Source: a virus
Reading direction: 5' to 3' (one strand)
IMG/VR virus record: IMGVR_UViG_3300011390_000031
Location: 834-64,833 of that record
DNA length: 64,000 nt
Shown: in pieces, positions 53,961-63,479 of the stretch
Position numbering within the stretch: the stretch's first letter is position 1
How the letters are laid out: every line of letters begins with the position of its first letter
Translations under genes and position numbers: made by a program
Notes under the pieces: generated by a model
Told to the model about the DNA's origin: nothing
Databases searched by the model: none
The model's input: only the letters and a program-made list of their open reading frames with translations

Positions 53961-55649
53961 GTGACAGCACCAGTTCTCGAAGGCACACTCCTCGAACGCT
54001 GCAACGCGATCTGGGAAGCAACCCTCGCCCAGGAACGCAGGGATACCCTCTGTCGACTCGAACCTCCTCTCGTCCGCCTCTGGGACGGCGAATGGCATTG
54101 GCAGGGTGAAGTTGCCGCCGAATACATGGGCAACTTCGAATGGAAAGACAACGACACCGGATCCGGCGTCATCGAGATCCCGTTCGATCACTACACCGCT
54201 CGGTGGATCTGGGACGAGAAGGGCCGTATGGCCCGCGGCGAGAAGCGCAACGTCCACATCACTGTCGACAAGAACGGCGCTCGCTGGTCCGGGCGTCTCG
54301 AAGATGTCACCGTCGACAGCCGTGAAGACGGTTCCGTTGTTCTCGTCGTCAGGTTCTTGCACGACTACGAGAACCTGAAGTGGTACCAGATCTGGTCCAA
54401 CGCGTTCCTGCCGGCCGCGGTGCAATTTCCGCGAGTGTTCATGCTCGCCGGGGGAGCGCGATGGGCACTCCTCACCAGCCTATTTCTGCAGGTGATGCGT
54501 GAGCAGACTTCGCTCTGGCATCTTCCGGATGACCCGCTACAGAAGGCGTCGTGGGGCTCGGGCGGACTGGACATGTCCAACTGGTCCGTTGCTGTCCAGC
54601 CGCACAGTTTCATGGACGACCTCAATGAGGGAATCCTGTGGGGCCTTGTCATCTCACGGTGGCAGACCTGGCACGATGTTGCACAGCCGATTCTCGAAGA
54701 CGCTGAGCTGTCGGTAGTTCCGCGCCGTTTCCTCGAAGGTGATCCGCCTCCGTGGCCAGGCGCGAACCTGCGTCACGGCTGCTTGGTGATCGACATCGTC
54801 GACAAGTCCGGTTACTACACGGGCACTTCGAACGGTGGCAATCAGTGGGATGGCCTGCGGCGGACGATCGCTAACTTCACGTCCGACTTCATCGACAGCA
54901 CCGAATCGCTGATCAGCGACACGAACATGCCGTCCGAATACTCCGTTCCGGGCAAGAAGAGCACCAACAAGATCGCTCCGTACGTCTCGTACCTGTCGGG
55001 CGACGAGACGGGCGTCCAGACATCGAAGTTCACCCGCATCCCTGCTAAGGGAATTCAGGTCAACTGCGGTGGTCACTCAGCCCCGGGTGTTGACGCACTT
55101 TTGAGTGCGACGGTGCAGATGATCGGCGACCTCACGGCCATGCTTCCCGGTGTACCGCCCATGGGCGGTGTGGCTGACGCGGTCCTCAAGCCGATCTACG
55201 AGGGGACGCTGCTCGCCTGGATGTCGGTGAAATCCAACGAGCGAGCGCAGAACTCGGGATGGTCGAGATACTTCGAGTACTTCCAGGACGGCGCCGACAA
55301 GGCGTACACCTTGTCTTCGCTGATGGTTCTGCGGCAGGGGTTCTGGGCTACTCGTTCTCGGTTCGCTCACGAGATCGCGATCCTCGACGGCTCGCCGTGG
55401 CTGATCGGGGATCAGGGCCAGGGCCACCTGTGGCTCTCGGATCGGTTGTCGGCGCAGGTGACCGGTGATTGGACCGGAGATCTCTACGTCGATCGCGTCC
55501 GCTCGATGGTCCTGGCATGGGATGAGAACAACCCGGCCGAGTGGGTTCCCGTTGTCGGCGACAACTCGATTCTCAAGGATCCGGCGCAACGAGCAATGGA
55601 GCAGCTCGAAAAAGCAATGACCGGACTGTCCACGCTCGGCGTTTTCTGA
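53961..55649 (+). CDS. Minor tail (baseplate hub-like) protein
   Basis: RLWDGEW...VHITVDKNGARWSG...HLWLSDR, typical of actinophage minor tail. Confidence 0.85.
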   Translation: MTAPVLEGTLLERCNAIWEATLAQERRDTLCRLEPPLVRLWDGEWHWQGEVAAEYMGNFEWKDNDTGSGVIEIPFDHYTARWIWDEKGRMARGEKRNVHITVDKNGARWSGRLEDVTVDSREDGSVVLVVRFLHDYENLKWYQIWSNAFLPAAVQFPRVFMLAGGARWALLTSLFLQVMREQTSLWHLPDDPLQKASWGSGGLDMSNWSVAVQPHSFMDDLNEGILWGLVISRWQTWHDVAQPILEDAELSVVPRRFLEGDPPPWPGANLRHGCLVIDIVDKSGYYTGTSNGGNQWDGLRRTIANFTSDFIDSTESLISDTNMPSEYSVPGKKSTNKIAPYVSYLSGDETGVQTSKFTRIPAKGIQVNCGGHSAPGVDALLSATVQMIGDLTAMLPGVPPMGGVADAVLKPIYEGTLLAWMSVKSNERAQNSGWSRYFEYFQDGADKAYTLSSLMVLRQGFWATRSRFAHEIAILDGSPWLIGDQGQGHLWLSDRLSAQVTGDWTGDLYVDRVRSMVLAWDENNPAEWVPVVGDNSILKDPAQRAMEQLEKAMTGLSTLGVF

Positions 55650-55658
55650 GGGAGCGCA

Positions 55659-56273
55659 ATGGGATTCACCTTGGGCGAGATGCCCACACGCGAAAACTGT
55701 GATCCGACCAATCCGCGAGAAGCATTCCTGTGGATGCTGATTGCACTGCCGGGGATGAAGGGCGCCCCGGTTCCGTGGCCGATCGAGTACTTCATGGAGA
55801 TCTCGCAACGGCTCTGGGACTGCGGCGCCCGACCGGATGTCGGGGAACAGGTCATTTGGTACAACCCGCCGCAGTCGGGGGACATCTCGCCAATGTTCGC
55901 CGCCGGAGTCTGGGAGGACCATCCGCCAGAGGTTCAGGATCTCGGCATTGATCTTAAGTCGCTGGGCAAGGTTGTCCAGGACGAGGTCCGGCGGCAGGCG
56001 CTCGAGATGGAGCCGGAGCCGCCGAATGTGATCGAGGCGCCGGCAACAGTCACCGAACCGCCGAAGTGGCCGGAGAAGATCCGAGTGCACTACCTGGCAA
56101 AGAAGTTGGGCTCGACGTCCGCCAATGTCCTCGCGGTGTGCGCAGAGATCGGCGTCCCCGCGAAGTCGGCGCAGTCCAGCATCCCCGGCAATCGGTGCGC
56201 GGTGATCCGAGACCAACTCCGCATCAACGCGCTGCTCGCGCTGCGTCCACGACCTGGAGGTCATCATGGCTGA
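55659..56273 (+). CDS. DUF2744/gp29-like protein fused to IF2-N-like domain
   Basis: PTRENCDPTNPREAFLWMLIALP...SQRLWDCG; C-terminal KIRVHYLAKKLGSTSANVL. Confidence 0.75.
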   Translation: MGFTLGEMPTRENCDPTNPREAFLWMLIALPGMKGAPVPWPIEYFMEISQRLWDCGARPDVGEQVIWYNPPQSGDISPMFAAGVWEDHPPEVQDLGIDLKSLGKVVQDEVRRQALEMEPEPPNVIEAPATVTEPPKWPEKIRVHYLAKKLGSTSANVLAVCAEIGVPAKSAQSSIPGNRCAVIRDQLRINALLALRPRPGGHHG

Positions 56274-56787
56274 TCGTTGCATGCCGGTCGAGAACGACTT
56301 CTATGTGACCTCAGGTTTCGGGGCGCGCTGGGGGACGACCCACTGGGGAACGGATTTCGGGTGCGCGGGAGGTTCGGCCAATCGGGCGATCTTCGCGGCA
56401 CAGTCCGGGACCGTCACGGCGGCCGGTGAAGCGTCTGGGTTCGGACAGTGGATCAACATCGACCACCCGATCGAAGCGGGCGCGGGTTTGACGGTGTACG
56501 GGCACATCATTCCCGAAGTGCGCGTAGGTCAACAGGTCCGAGCGGGGGAGCAAATCGGGTACATCAACCCGAACTCGAACACCAACGGCGGCGTCGACCC
56601 TCATCTGCATTTCGAGGTGCACAGGTTCGTATGGTCGCCGCCCGGACCGAACCGACTCGACCCTCAGCCATGGCTCGAAGGCTCGCGATATCCGAACGAC
56701 CCGCCACCGCCTCCACCGCTTCCACCGGAGCCTGCCGTCGACGCATGGCTGCCGATCCTCGAGCAATTCGTCGGGCCGGTGAAGTAA
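56266..56787 (+). CDS. Endolysin part 1: M23 peptidase
   Basis: HWGTDFG (HxxxD), YGHI, PHLHFEVH (HxH). Confidence 0.9.
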   Translation: MADRCMPVENDFYVTSGFGARWGTTHWGTDFGCAGGSANRAIFAAQSGTVTAAGEASGFGQWINIDHPIEAGAGLTVYGHIIPEVRVGQQVRAGEQIGYINPNSNTNGGVDPHLHFEVHRFVWSPPGPNRLDPQPWLEGSRYPNDPPPPPPLPPEPAVDAWLPILEQFVGPVK

Positions 56788-57764
56788 TGGACACACAGAC
56801 ATTGGCAACAGTCATGGGTAACCGCGTCTCGAAGGCTCGGTACGACGAACTGTGCCCCGCGTTCAATGCGGCGATGATCCAGGCTGGGTGCACGACCGAG
56901 CGTCGAGCGACCATGTGGTGCGCACAGCTCGGGCACGAATCCGGTGGGCTGCAGTGGATGGAAGAGATTGCCAGTGGTAGCGCGTACGAATGGCGCCAGG
57001 ACCTCGGCAACACGCAGTTCGGTGACGGTGTTCGATTCAAGGGCCGTGGCCCGATTCAGATCACCGGTCGCTACAACTACAGCAAGGTCTCAGTGTGGGC
57101 GCACGACAAGGGTTACGTCCCGACGCCGACTTACTTCGTCGACAACCCCTCTGAACTGTCCAATCCGACATACGGATTCCTCGGCGCCGTCTGGTACTGG
57201 ACCGTCGCCCGAAACATCAACGCTCTCGCTGATGACAACGACTTGCGCGGTGCCACAAGAGCCATCAACGGCGGACTCAACGGACTCGCAGACCGAGATG
57301 CTTACTGGCGTCGCGCCGGCAATGCAGGCTCCGCGATCCTCCCCACTCAACCTCAATCAGGAGGAACCCCAATGGGTACACCAGAACTCGTTCAAACCCA
57401 ATTGACCGGCATAGACGGCAAGGGTTGGTCAATCCTCGGCAAGTCCAAGCCTGCCGAGCTTGCCGGTGAGGATCGGTACAACTACCTCGTTGAGGCTGTA
57501 GCCGAAATCCGGGACGCACTACTGATTCCGGTTACATCGTTCATCGAGCGCGAATACCTCGACAAGGACCCTGAGACCGGGCAGCCCGTAGAACCCGGCA
57601 AGTTCGACCTGCGCACCGCCGTTGGCTTCTCTGACTACCAGGCATTCCACGCCGGGCGCAAGGCCGAGGAATCCACCAAGGCCACCAAGGAATTGGTCGA
57701 GAAGGTCGACAAGTTGGCGGCCAAGCTCGACGCACTGATCGCTGCGCTCGGAGGTGCCAAGTGA
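56787..57764 (+). CDS. Endolysin part 2: GH19 glycoside hydrolase
   Basis: AQLGHESGGL...EEIA...DLGNTQFGDGVRFKGRGPIQITGRYNY...INGGLNG. Confidence 0.9.
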   Translation: MDTQTLATVMGNRVSKARYDELCPAFNAAMIQAGCTTERRATMWCAQLGHESGGLQWMEEIASGSAYEWRQDLGNTQFGDGVRFKGRGPIQITGRYNYSKVSVWAHDKGYVPTPTYFVDNPSELSNPTYGFLGAVWYWTVARNINALADDNDLRGATRAINGGLNGLADRDAYWRRAGNAGSAILPTQPQSGGTPMGTPELVQTQLTGIDGKGWSILGKSKPAELAGEDRYNYLVEAVAEIRDALLIPVTSFIEREYLDKDPETGQPVEPGKFDLRTAVGFSDYQAFHAGRKAEESTKATKELVEKVDKLAAKLDALIAALGGAK

Positions 57765-58180
57765 TTGCCAAGTTTGCAACCGCGTGGCCGACGCTGCGCA
57801 AGGTCATCTACATGTTGCTGGTTGCAGGCCTGTCAGTGGCGTTCACGTACGGCAAGGTGAGCGCAGAACAGCAGGCGTCAATCCTCGAGTCTGCAACACA
57901 GTTGCTCGCAATCATCGGCTTCGGTATCGCTATTTTCTACACGCCCAAGGGTGGCAAGACAATCGGCGACGGAACCGAGAACAAGGTCGAGTATCACGTA
58001 ACCAATGTCGACGTCGACGATGCACTTGCACGGGCAAAGCAACTGGAAGCGCTTACCTATCGCGGCGGCGGAGGAACCCAGTCGCTGAGCGTCGACCAGG
58101 TTGCCGCTGCGGCAAGTTCGACAATCGCCGAGCTAAGGGCCAGGGCTGAACAAGCTCTCGGTCGCCGGACCGAGGGCTAG
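57761..58180 (+). CDS. Holin
   Basis: Two TM helices directly after endolysin. Confidence 0.7.
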   Translation: MIAKFATAWPTLRKVIYMLLVAGLSVAFTYGKVSAEQQASILESATQLLAIIGFGIAIFYTPKGGKTIGDGTENKVEYHVTNVDVDDALARAKQLEALTYRGGGGTQSLSVDQVAAAASSTIAELRARAEQALGRRTEG

Positions 58181-58183
58181 CTA

Positions 58184-58447
58184 GTGCCCGCGGGGTTTAC
58201 CCCCGAAAATCTCTCCAGCCCCTGGATCCTGGTCGGCCTCATGTTCTGCCTTGTCATGTTCGGCGCTCTCGTCCCGCGCTGGATTCACAAGGCAATCGTC
58301 AACGACAAGAACAAAGAGATCGAAGCGTGGAAAGCGACGGCAGGTAAAGCGCTGGAGCAGAACTCGGACCTCATCGGCCATTCCACCACTGCACTTCACA
58401 TTGGTGACGAGATCAAGCGGCTCGCCGAGAGGGGCGGAACCGGATGA
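58184..58447 (+). CDS. Lysis-cassette membrane protein
   Basis: TM helix then LVPRWIH...EIEAWK. Confidence 0.7.
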   Translation: MPAGFTPENLSSPWILVGLMFCLVMFGALVPRWIHKAIVNDKNKEIEAWKATAGKALEQNSDLIGHSTTALHIGDEIKRLAERGGTG

Positions 58448-58635
58448 CGTGGTGGTGGCAACAGAGACGAGACGCGCAACGGGGCCGCGAAGAGGCTGAG
58501 CAGGTCCTCGAAGAAGTGAAGAGTCGGGATCCGTTGATTGCGGAACTGGGCCTGCGGCATCGATTGATGGTGGAGATCAACGGGTTCGGCGAAGACGTAG
58601 AGCAGGCCATGGGCAGAAAGAAGGGGCACGCATGA
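58444..58635 (+). CDS. Lysis-cassette small protein
   Basis: ATGA coupled; INGFGEDVEQAM. Confidence 0.65.
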   Translation: MTWWWQQRRDAQRGREEAEQVLEEVKSRDPLIAELGLRHRLMVEINGFGEDVEQAMGRKKGHA

Positions 58636-59009
58636 AACTGGTCATGTTGCTGGCCACATTGGCCGGAGTGGTAATTGTGGGGTTGTTCGATCCGGAAACG
58701 GAGGCACGGATTTTCCTGACGTCGATGACGGTTCTCGCGTGGACGTTCACGATCATGTACGTGACACGTTCGCCGTGGCGGGCGACGCAGGGTGGTCGAG
58801 CATTGCTCTATACGTCGGCGGCGATTGCTCTCCTTGGTACTCAACTCATTTCGGTGTGGTGGTTCGGAGACTATCGATTCCGTGCCGAGGTTCGCGACCT
58901 GGTCGTGGTTCTCCTGATTCTGACCTTGCTGTATCGGATTCTTGTGCTGTTCCGAATTCAGCAGAACGCTCGCCGACCAAGTGAATCGGATTCCGACAAG
59001 GGGGTGTAG
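58632..59009 (+). CDS. Holin-like multi-TM protein
   Basis: Four hydrophobic segments; YVTRSPWRATQGGRAL. Confidence 0.7.
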   Translation: MKLVMLLATLAGVVIVGLFDPETEARIFLTSMTVLAWTFTIMYVTRSPWRATQGGRALLYTSAAIALLGTQLISVWWFGDYRFRAEVRDLVVVLLILTLLYRILVLFRIQQNARRPSESDSDKGV

Positions 59010-59012
59010 TTC

Positions 59013-60662
59013 ATGACTTCCCCATCCGGAGGAGTTCCAGCCGGTGCGCTGGTCCCAGGAAGTTTCGCATCTTGGCAGGCGATGACCGAATCTGACGCTA
59101 AGGCTCAGATGTCTGGCGGGGCGCTCTTCGCGTTCGGCAAGGCGCAGGGCAAGTTCAAGACTGAGATCAAAGATCCACTTGGCGTGACACAAGAGACTGC
59201 GATGACGGCGGTGAACGATGCCGCCGTTGCTGCTGCGTTGGCTGCCGCGAATGAGCAAGCGAACATTGCGAACTCGACCGCTATCGCCGAGGCGAACCTC
59301 GCGCTCGGAACCAAAGCGAACATCGAGGACATTCCGACCGACGTGCCGGGATACGTGACACTGAACCCAGTCGAGGATGCGGTCTTTCCGAGTTCGGAGA
59401 TGGTGCCAATTCCGATTGGAGTCAGCGGTTCGACGGAGAACGGCGCAGGCGAGTATGGACATACGCACCCTCTCATTCCGACCGAGGCGCGAATCGTGAT
59501 GGCGCAGCCGATTTACACGACTGCGATCAACCGTCTAGACCTCGCCTTCATCAACGCGACCCGCGACCGGATCTACAACACCGTCGGATTTGTGATCGCC
59601 GAGCAGAATCAACCGACCAAAGCGACAGTCCGAGTCGGGATCTACAAGATGGGCAAGACAACTGGTGGATTTCCGAACGGCGAATTGACCCTTATCTGGA
59701 TCAGCCCGACCGGGGCGAACATCCAAAGCCAGTTCGGTGCCGCTGCGCAGGACATTCGTGTCGATCTGGGCGCCGACATCATTGCTACCAAGGGTGATTG
59801 GTTCGCGGTCTGCATCGTGCAGACGGGCAGTACGAATACCCAGCGTCATCTCCTCGGCAAAGAAGTTGCCCGCAAGAATGCGATGTCCGGTGTGCATCCG
59901 ACGCGTCTGGCGATGACGCGGGCAGGCGAAACGGCGCCTCCCGCCGCGCTCAACCCGGGACTGCTGGACAACACATCCGGCTGGATTCCGTGGGTCTGCA
60001 TGGGTCAGTCGTTGGGTCTAATCAAGATCAGCCTCGTCGATCTATTCGACCGTGCGGATTCCGGCGCCCTTGGCCCCAACTGGGCCGTATATGACGCGGG
60101 TATGGACATCGTTTCGGGCATCGCCCGGTGCAAGCGCATCAACCGCGGCAACTTGACGAGCCGTGTCGAGGATCGATCGCAGGGCGTTTACGTCTCGCAG
60201 CTCTCGACGGACACTATGTCGGTTTCGGTCAAGATAGACGCCTTCGACCGATCGCACGCCGACCTCGAGGACAACCCCCGAGCTCAGGCGGGGGTCCGAT
60301 CGAATTCGGACATGACTAGGTTCGTCGCTGTTGGCATCCGTTTCGGCCTGATCGAGATCCGCGCCTACAGCAATGCGAATCCCTTAGGGATTACCAAGAA
60401 TTCGACAACCCGCACATGGGCCAACGGCGACGTTGTGGAACTCCGCGCCACCGACGATGTCGGAACAGGCAAGACGGACTTCACCGCCTACGTGAATGGG
60501 TCTTCGGTTCTGACCTGGACCGACGCGGGGAGTGAAGCAAGCAAGGGTGCGGCGTACCGGCGCGCATCGTTCGAGACCGCGTCCACACACCGCGGCGCAG
60601 TCTTCGGCTACCTGTCCATCCCTTCGGTAGGCGTCAATGAATGGAAGGCGAAAGACCTATGA
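59013..60662 (+). CDS. Minor tail protein
   Basis: MTSPSGG start, beta-rich lectin-like C-terminus (DLFDRADSGALGPNW). Confidence 0.75.
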   Translation: MTSPSGGVPAGALVPGSFASWQAMTESDAKAQMSGGALFAFGKAQGKFKTEIKDPLGVTQETAMTAVNDAAVAAALAAANEQANIANSTAIAEANLALGTKANIEDIPTDVPGYVTLNPVEDAVFPSSEMVPIPIGVSGSTENGAGEYGHTHPLIPTEARIVMAQPIYTTAINRLDLAFINATRDRIYNTVGFVIAEQNQPTKATVRVGIYKMGKTTGGFPNGELTLIWISPTGANIQSQFGAAAQDIRVDLGADIIATKGDWFAVCIVQTGSTNTQRHLLGKEVARKNAMSGVHPTRLAMTRAGETAPPAALNPGLLDNTSGWIPWVCMGQSLGLIKISLVDLFDRADSGALGPNWAVYDAGMDIVSGIARCKRINRGNLTSRVEDRSQGVYVSQLSTDTMSVSVKIDAFDRSHADLEDNPRAQAGVRSNSDMTRFVAVGIRFGLIEIRAYSNANPLGITKNSTTRTWANGDVVELRATDDVGTGKTDFTAYVNGSSVLTWTDAGSEASKGAAYRRASFETASTHRGAVFGYLSIPSVGVNEWKAKDL

Positions 60663-60934
60663 GCACATTCACTGTGGCTGGCTTGGACGGGATTACGTTC
60701 ACCGCCGAGTTCGATCCGGCCGAGCACTGGCTGACAATTGCGGGTCGCGATCGCGATGGGGAGTTGGTGTCGAAATCGGGAATCTCGGTGACTCCAGATC
60801 CGATCGAGGATATTGCGGTCACACCTGAAGTCGTTTCTACGCCGACGGCCAGTGACCGAGTCACCGCAGCGGAGTATGTCGAATCGCTTGCGCCTGATCT
60901 CGATCCGACGAACGTCTCAGTGGAGGGCGAGTAA
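60659..60934 (+). CDS. Small tail-associated protein
   Basis: ATGA coupled. Confidence 0.6.
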   Translation: MSTFTVAGLDGITFTAEFDPAEHWLTIAGRDRDGELVSKSGISVTPDPIEDIAVTPEVVSTPTASDRVTAAEYVESLAPDLDPTNVSVEGE

Positions 60935-61251
60935 TGGGATTGGGTTGGAAGCCGATCTTCGATGTCATCGAACTGACGCGAGGCGACTGGATCTTCGAAC
61001 GATCGAACCCTGCTGGCCCGTTCCCGCCTGCTACGACCGCTCGGGTCGAGTGGGCGAGCGGTCAAAACTGGGACGGCGCCATTGCAGGAAACGTCGTCTC
61101 TTGGCGCGTCGAGTCGGCCGAAGCCGACCTCATCGCAGACAACACCGACTTCACGATCTGGGTGCGCTACCCGAACGGCGTCACCGAAACGACAGACGAC
61201 TACCCCTGGATCTACGGCCGAGCCCGTCGAACCAAGACTGTAAGGAACTGA
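60934..61251 (+). CDS. Baseplate-upper-like (BppU/LtfC-like) small protein
   Basis: IELTRGDWIF...SWRVESAEAD...WIYGRARR. Confidence 0.6.
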   Translation: MGLGWKPIFDVIELTRGDWIFERSNPAGPFPPATTARVEWASGQNWDGAIAGNVVSWRVESAEADLIADNTDFTIWVRYPNGVTETTDDYPWIYGRARRTKTVRN

Positions 61252-61252
61252 G

Positions 61253-61588
61253 ATGTCACTTTCAGAAACGGCAACAAAGAATTCGCTCGCCAATCACTGG
61301 GCATCCCTTGGCGATTCCTACAGTCTGCACGTAGGAAATCCCGGCGCGGGGGGTACCGCCAACGAAGTGACGAACGGCTCCTACGCCCGGCAGACCACCA
61401 CGTGGGGAACCGCATCGGGCGGAGTTGTCACCGGATCGCAGCTGACGTTCGCAGTCTCGTCGTCGACGACAGTCACGCACGTGTGCCGTTGGCAGGGAGC
61501 CACACTGCGCGATGTCATCGACAACCCGGACGCGACGGTCACCCCGTCGGGTGAGTTCAAGCTGAACCCCAGCTACACGCAGGCCTGA
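61253..61588 (+). CDS. Tail fibre-associated small protein
   Basis: SLHVGNPGAGGTANEV...SYARQTTTWGTASGG. Confidence 0.7.
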   Translation: MSLSETATKNSLANHWASLGDSYSLHVGNPGAGGTANEVTNGSYARQTTTWGTASGGVVTGSQLTFAVSSSTTVTHVCRWQGATLRDVIDNPDATVTPSGEFKLNPSYTQA

Positions 61589-61590
61589 GG

Positions 61591-63225
61591 GTGAGGTGGC
61601 CGGGACCGGATGTCGGGAGCGTTGCGTTCCCGGCCTCCGATGCACGGTCGATGTCATTTCCTGGCGTCGACAGTGAGGTCGTCGCATTCCCGCGTGCTCC
61701 TATGCTCGTGATCGCCATTGACGCGTCGGTGTCTGGAATCAGTACGGTGTCAGCAACGCTCGTAACGACACCCGTCTATTCGATGGACGTGGATGGTTTC
61801 GGTACGGCAAGTGTCGAAATCACCACATCCTCGGCTATTCCGGCTGGTGTCACCGGTGTGGGCGAGGCGCTGGCGGTCTTCGCGCAACTGATCGAAGCGT
61901 CGGTTTCCGGCGAGGGCACCGCGAGTGTCTCAGTGAAGCCGTCGATCGCCTTGGCGGCAGGGGTAACAGGTTCGGGCACTGCCAGCGCCACGGTGACGCC
62001 CGTCGCGATGGTCGTCGCAGCGGCATCATGCGAGGGAATCCCGAGCGTTGGAGCATGGCCGGCCGCGCTCGTGACCATTGCCGCGACCGGATCCGGCACG
62101 GCAAGCGCAGCACTCACCGCCAGCGCCCCGATCAGCGCAAGCGCATCCGGTGAGGGTTCGGCAACGGCGCCCCTTACCGCAGTCACCGGCCCGACAGTGT
62201 CGGCGTACACGTCAGGATCAGGCAAGGACAACTGGACGGTTACGCTCCCATCGGCCGCTACCGGCGACCTCCGGATCATCGTCGTCGGGCTGGTGGCGAA
62301 GTCCACGAACACGATCTCGGGGTGGACGAAACTCGGGGAGGATTCCTCGTGGTACGACCCAGGAGCGTCGGTGTTCTATCGGGTCAAGCGGCCGTTGGAT
62401 CCGGACACACGAGCGCTAGATGTTGGGGGGTACGGATCCGCGTCTACAGCCGTCGCGATGACGATCCCCGGGGCGATGCTCCCGACGATTTTCGCGACAG
62501 CGAAGAGTTATACGGCAGGCGCTCCCGGTCCGCACACGACCCCGGCGATTACGACGACGAAGGTGAACAGTCTCGCGGTCCGTGCGGTTGTCGGTAACCC
62601 TGCTACCGCGTCGGCGCCGACGTATTCGGGATGGGGATCCCCGATGACGGAACTCGCACAGCAGCAATCTGCCGCGGCGGACAGTGCAGGCGATAACAGT
62701 GTGATGACCGTCGCGACGGGGCCGGCGTCCGTCGTCGGTGTGCAACCGGCCGTCACCGTGAACCCGTCTATCGGAATGCCTTATATGGGTGCAGCATTCG
62801 CGATCGAGCCGATGACGATCATTGCGGGGATGCACCTCGCAGCGCAGCACACGCTCGTTAACTCCGGAACGCAGACGCAGATCGCGGGATGGTCGGCGGA
62901 TCAGGGTTCGACGGTGATCTCCGATCGGCTCGTGATCCCTGTGACGAAGACGGGCGCAAAGGTCGAGGTGTTCATTCGGTACCAAACGAACTCGGCCACC
63001 GGATCTCCGTCGTTCCAGTGGCGACTACTGAAGAACGCGCTCGCGACACAGCTAGATTCCGTTACGGTTTCGGGTGCGGGAGTCGGCACGAACTACGAGG
63101 CCGTGATGACGTACACCGGAAACTTTGTTGCGGGAGATTACATCTACCTCACGTGTGCCGGTACGTTCGTCGCTCCGGCGCCGTTCGTGATTCCCGGCGT
63201 GGACACATTCGTCCGGGTCACCTGA
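61591..63225 (+). CDS. Tail fibre / receptor-binding protein
   Basis: Repeated ASxSGxGxAxAx stalk units then beta-rich head domains. Confidence 0.75.
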   Translation: MRWPGPDVGSVAFPASDARSMSFPGVDSEVVAFPRAPMLVIAIDASVSGISTVSATLVTTPVYSMDVDGFGTASVEITTSSAIPAGVTGVGEALAVFAQLIEASVSGEGTASVSVKPSIALAAGVTGSGTASATVTPVAMVVAAASCEGIPSVGAWPAALVTIAATGSGTASAALTASAPISASASGEGSATAPLTAVTGPTVSAYTSGSGKDNWTVTLPSAATGDLRIIVVGLVAKSTNTISGWTKLGEDSSWYDPGASVFYRVKRPLDPDTRALDVGGYGSASTAVAMTIPGAMLPTIFATAKSYTAGAPGPHTTPAITTTKVNSLAVRAVVGNPATASAPTYSGWGSPMTELAQQQSAAADSAGDNSVMTVATGPASVVGVQPAVTVNPSIGMPYMGAAFAIEPMTIIAGMHLAAQHTLVNSGTQTQIAGWSADQGSTVISDRLVIPVTKTGAKVEVFIRYQTNSATGSPSFQWRLLKNALATQLDSVTVSGAGVGTNYEAVMTYTGNFVAGDYIYLTCAGTFVAPAPFVIPGVDTFVRVT

Positions 63226-63228
63226 TCT

Positions 63229-63470
63229 GGGGATGAGAACACCATCCTCGACCACATGTGAAGCCGCTGACCGTGGACCGGGGCACGATCGCGCCCGCGT
63301 AGGCCACCGCGCAACGGCCCCAGTCCTCTCGAAGTCGGAGAGATTCTGCCGTCGGCGCCGGCCCCTGCTGGCGGTGCGCACTCAACAACCCACATCACGG
63401 CCAGGCGCCTCCCGCAAGATGTGCGAGAGGCGCCTTTACGTGCATAACGACCGGCGGAAACGCTTCGAGG
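63229..63470 (+). other. Hairpin-rich intergenic region within tail module
   Basis: Several stems incl. AGGCGCCTC/GAGGCGCCT 63403-35 and GCG(GAAA)CGC 63454-63. Confidence 0.4.
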
Positions 63471-63479
63471 AGAACCCTG

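Noticed and set aside
63226-63479. Cobalamin riboswitch or DGR template repeat
   Set aside because: Only a loose AAGTCGGAGA..CTGCC resemblance without the conserved core; no match to the tail-fibre 3' end and no reverse transcriptase in the window
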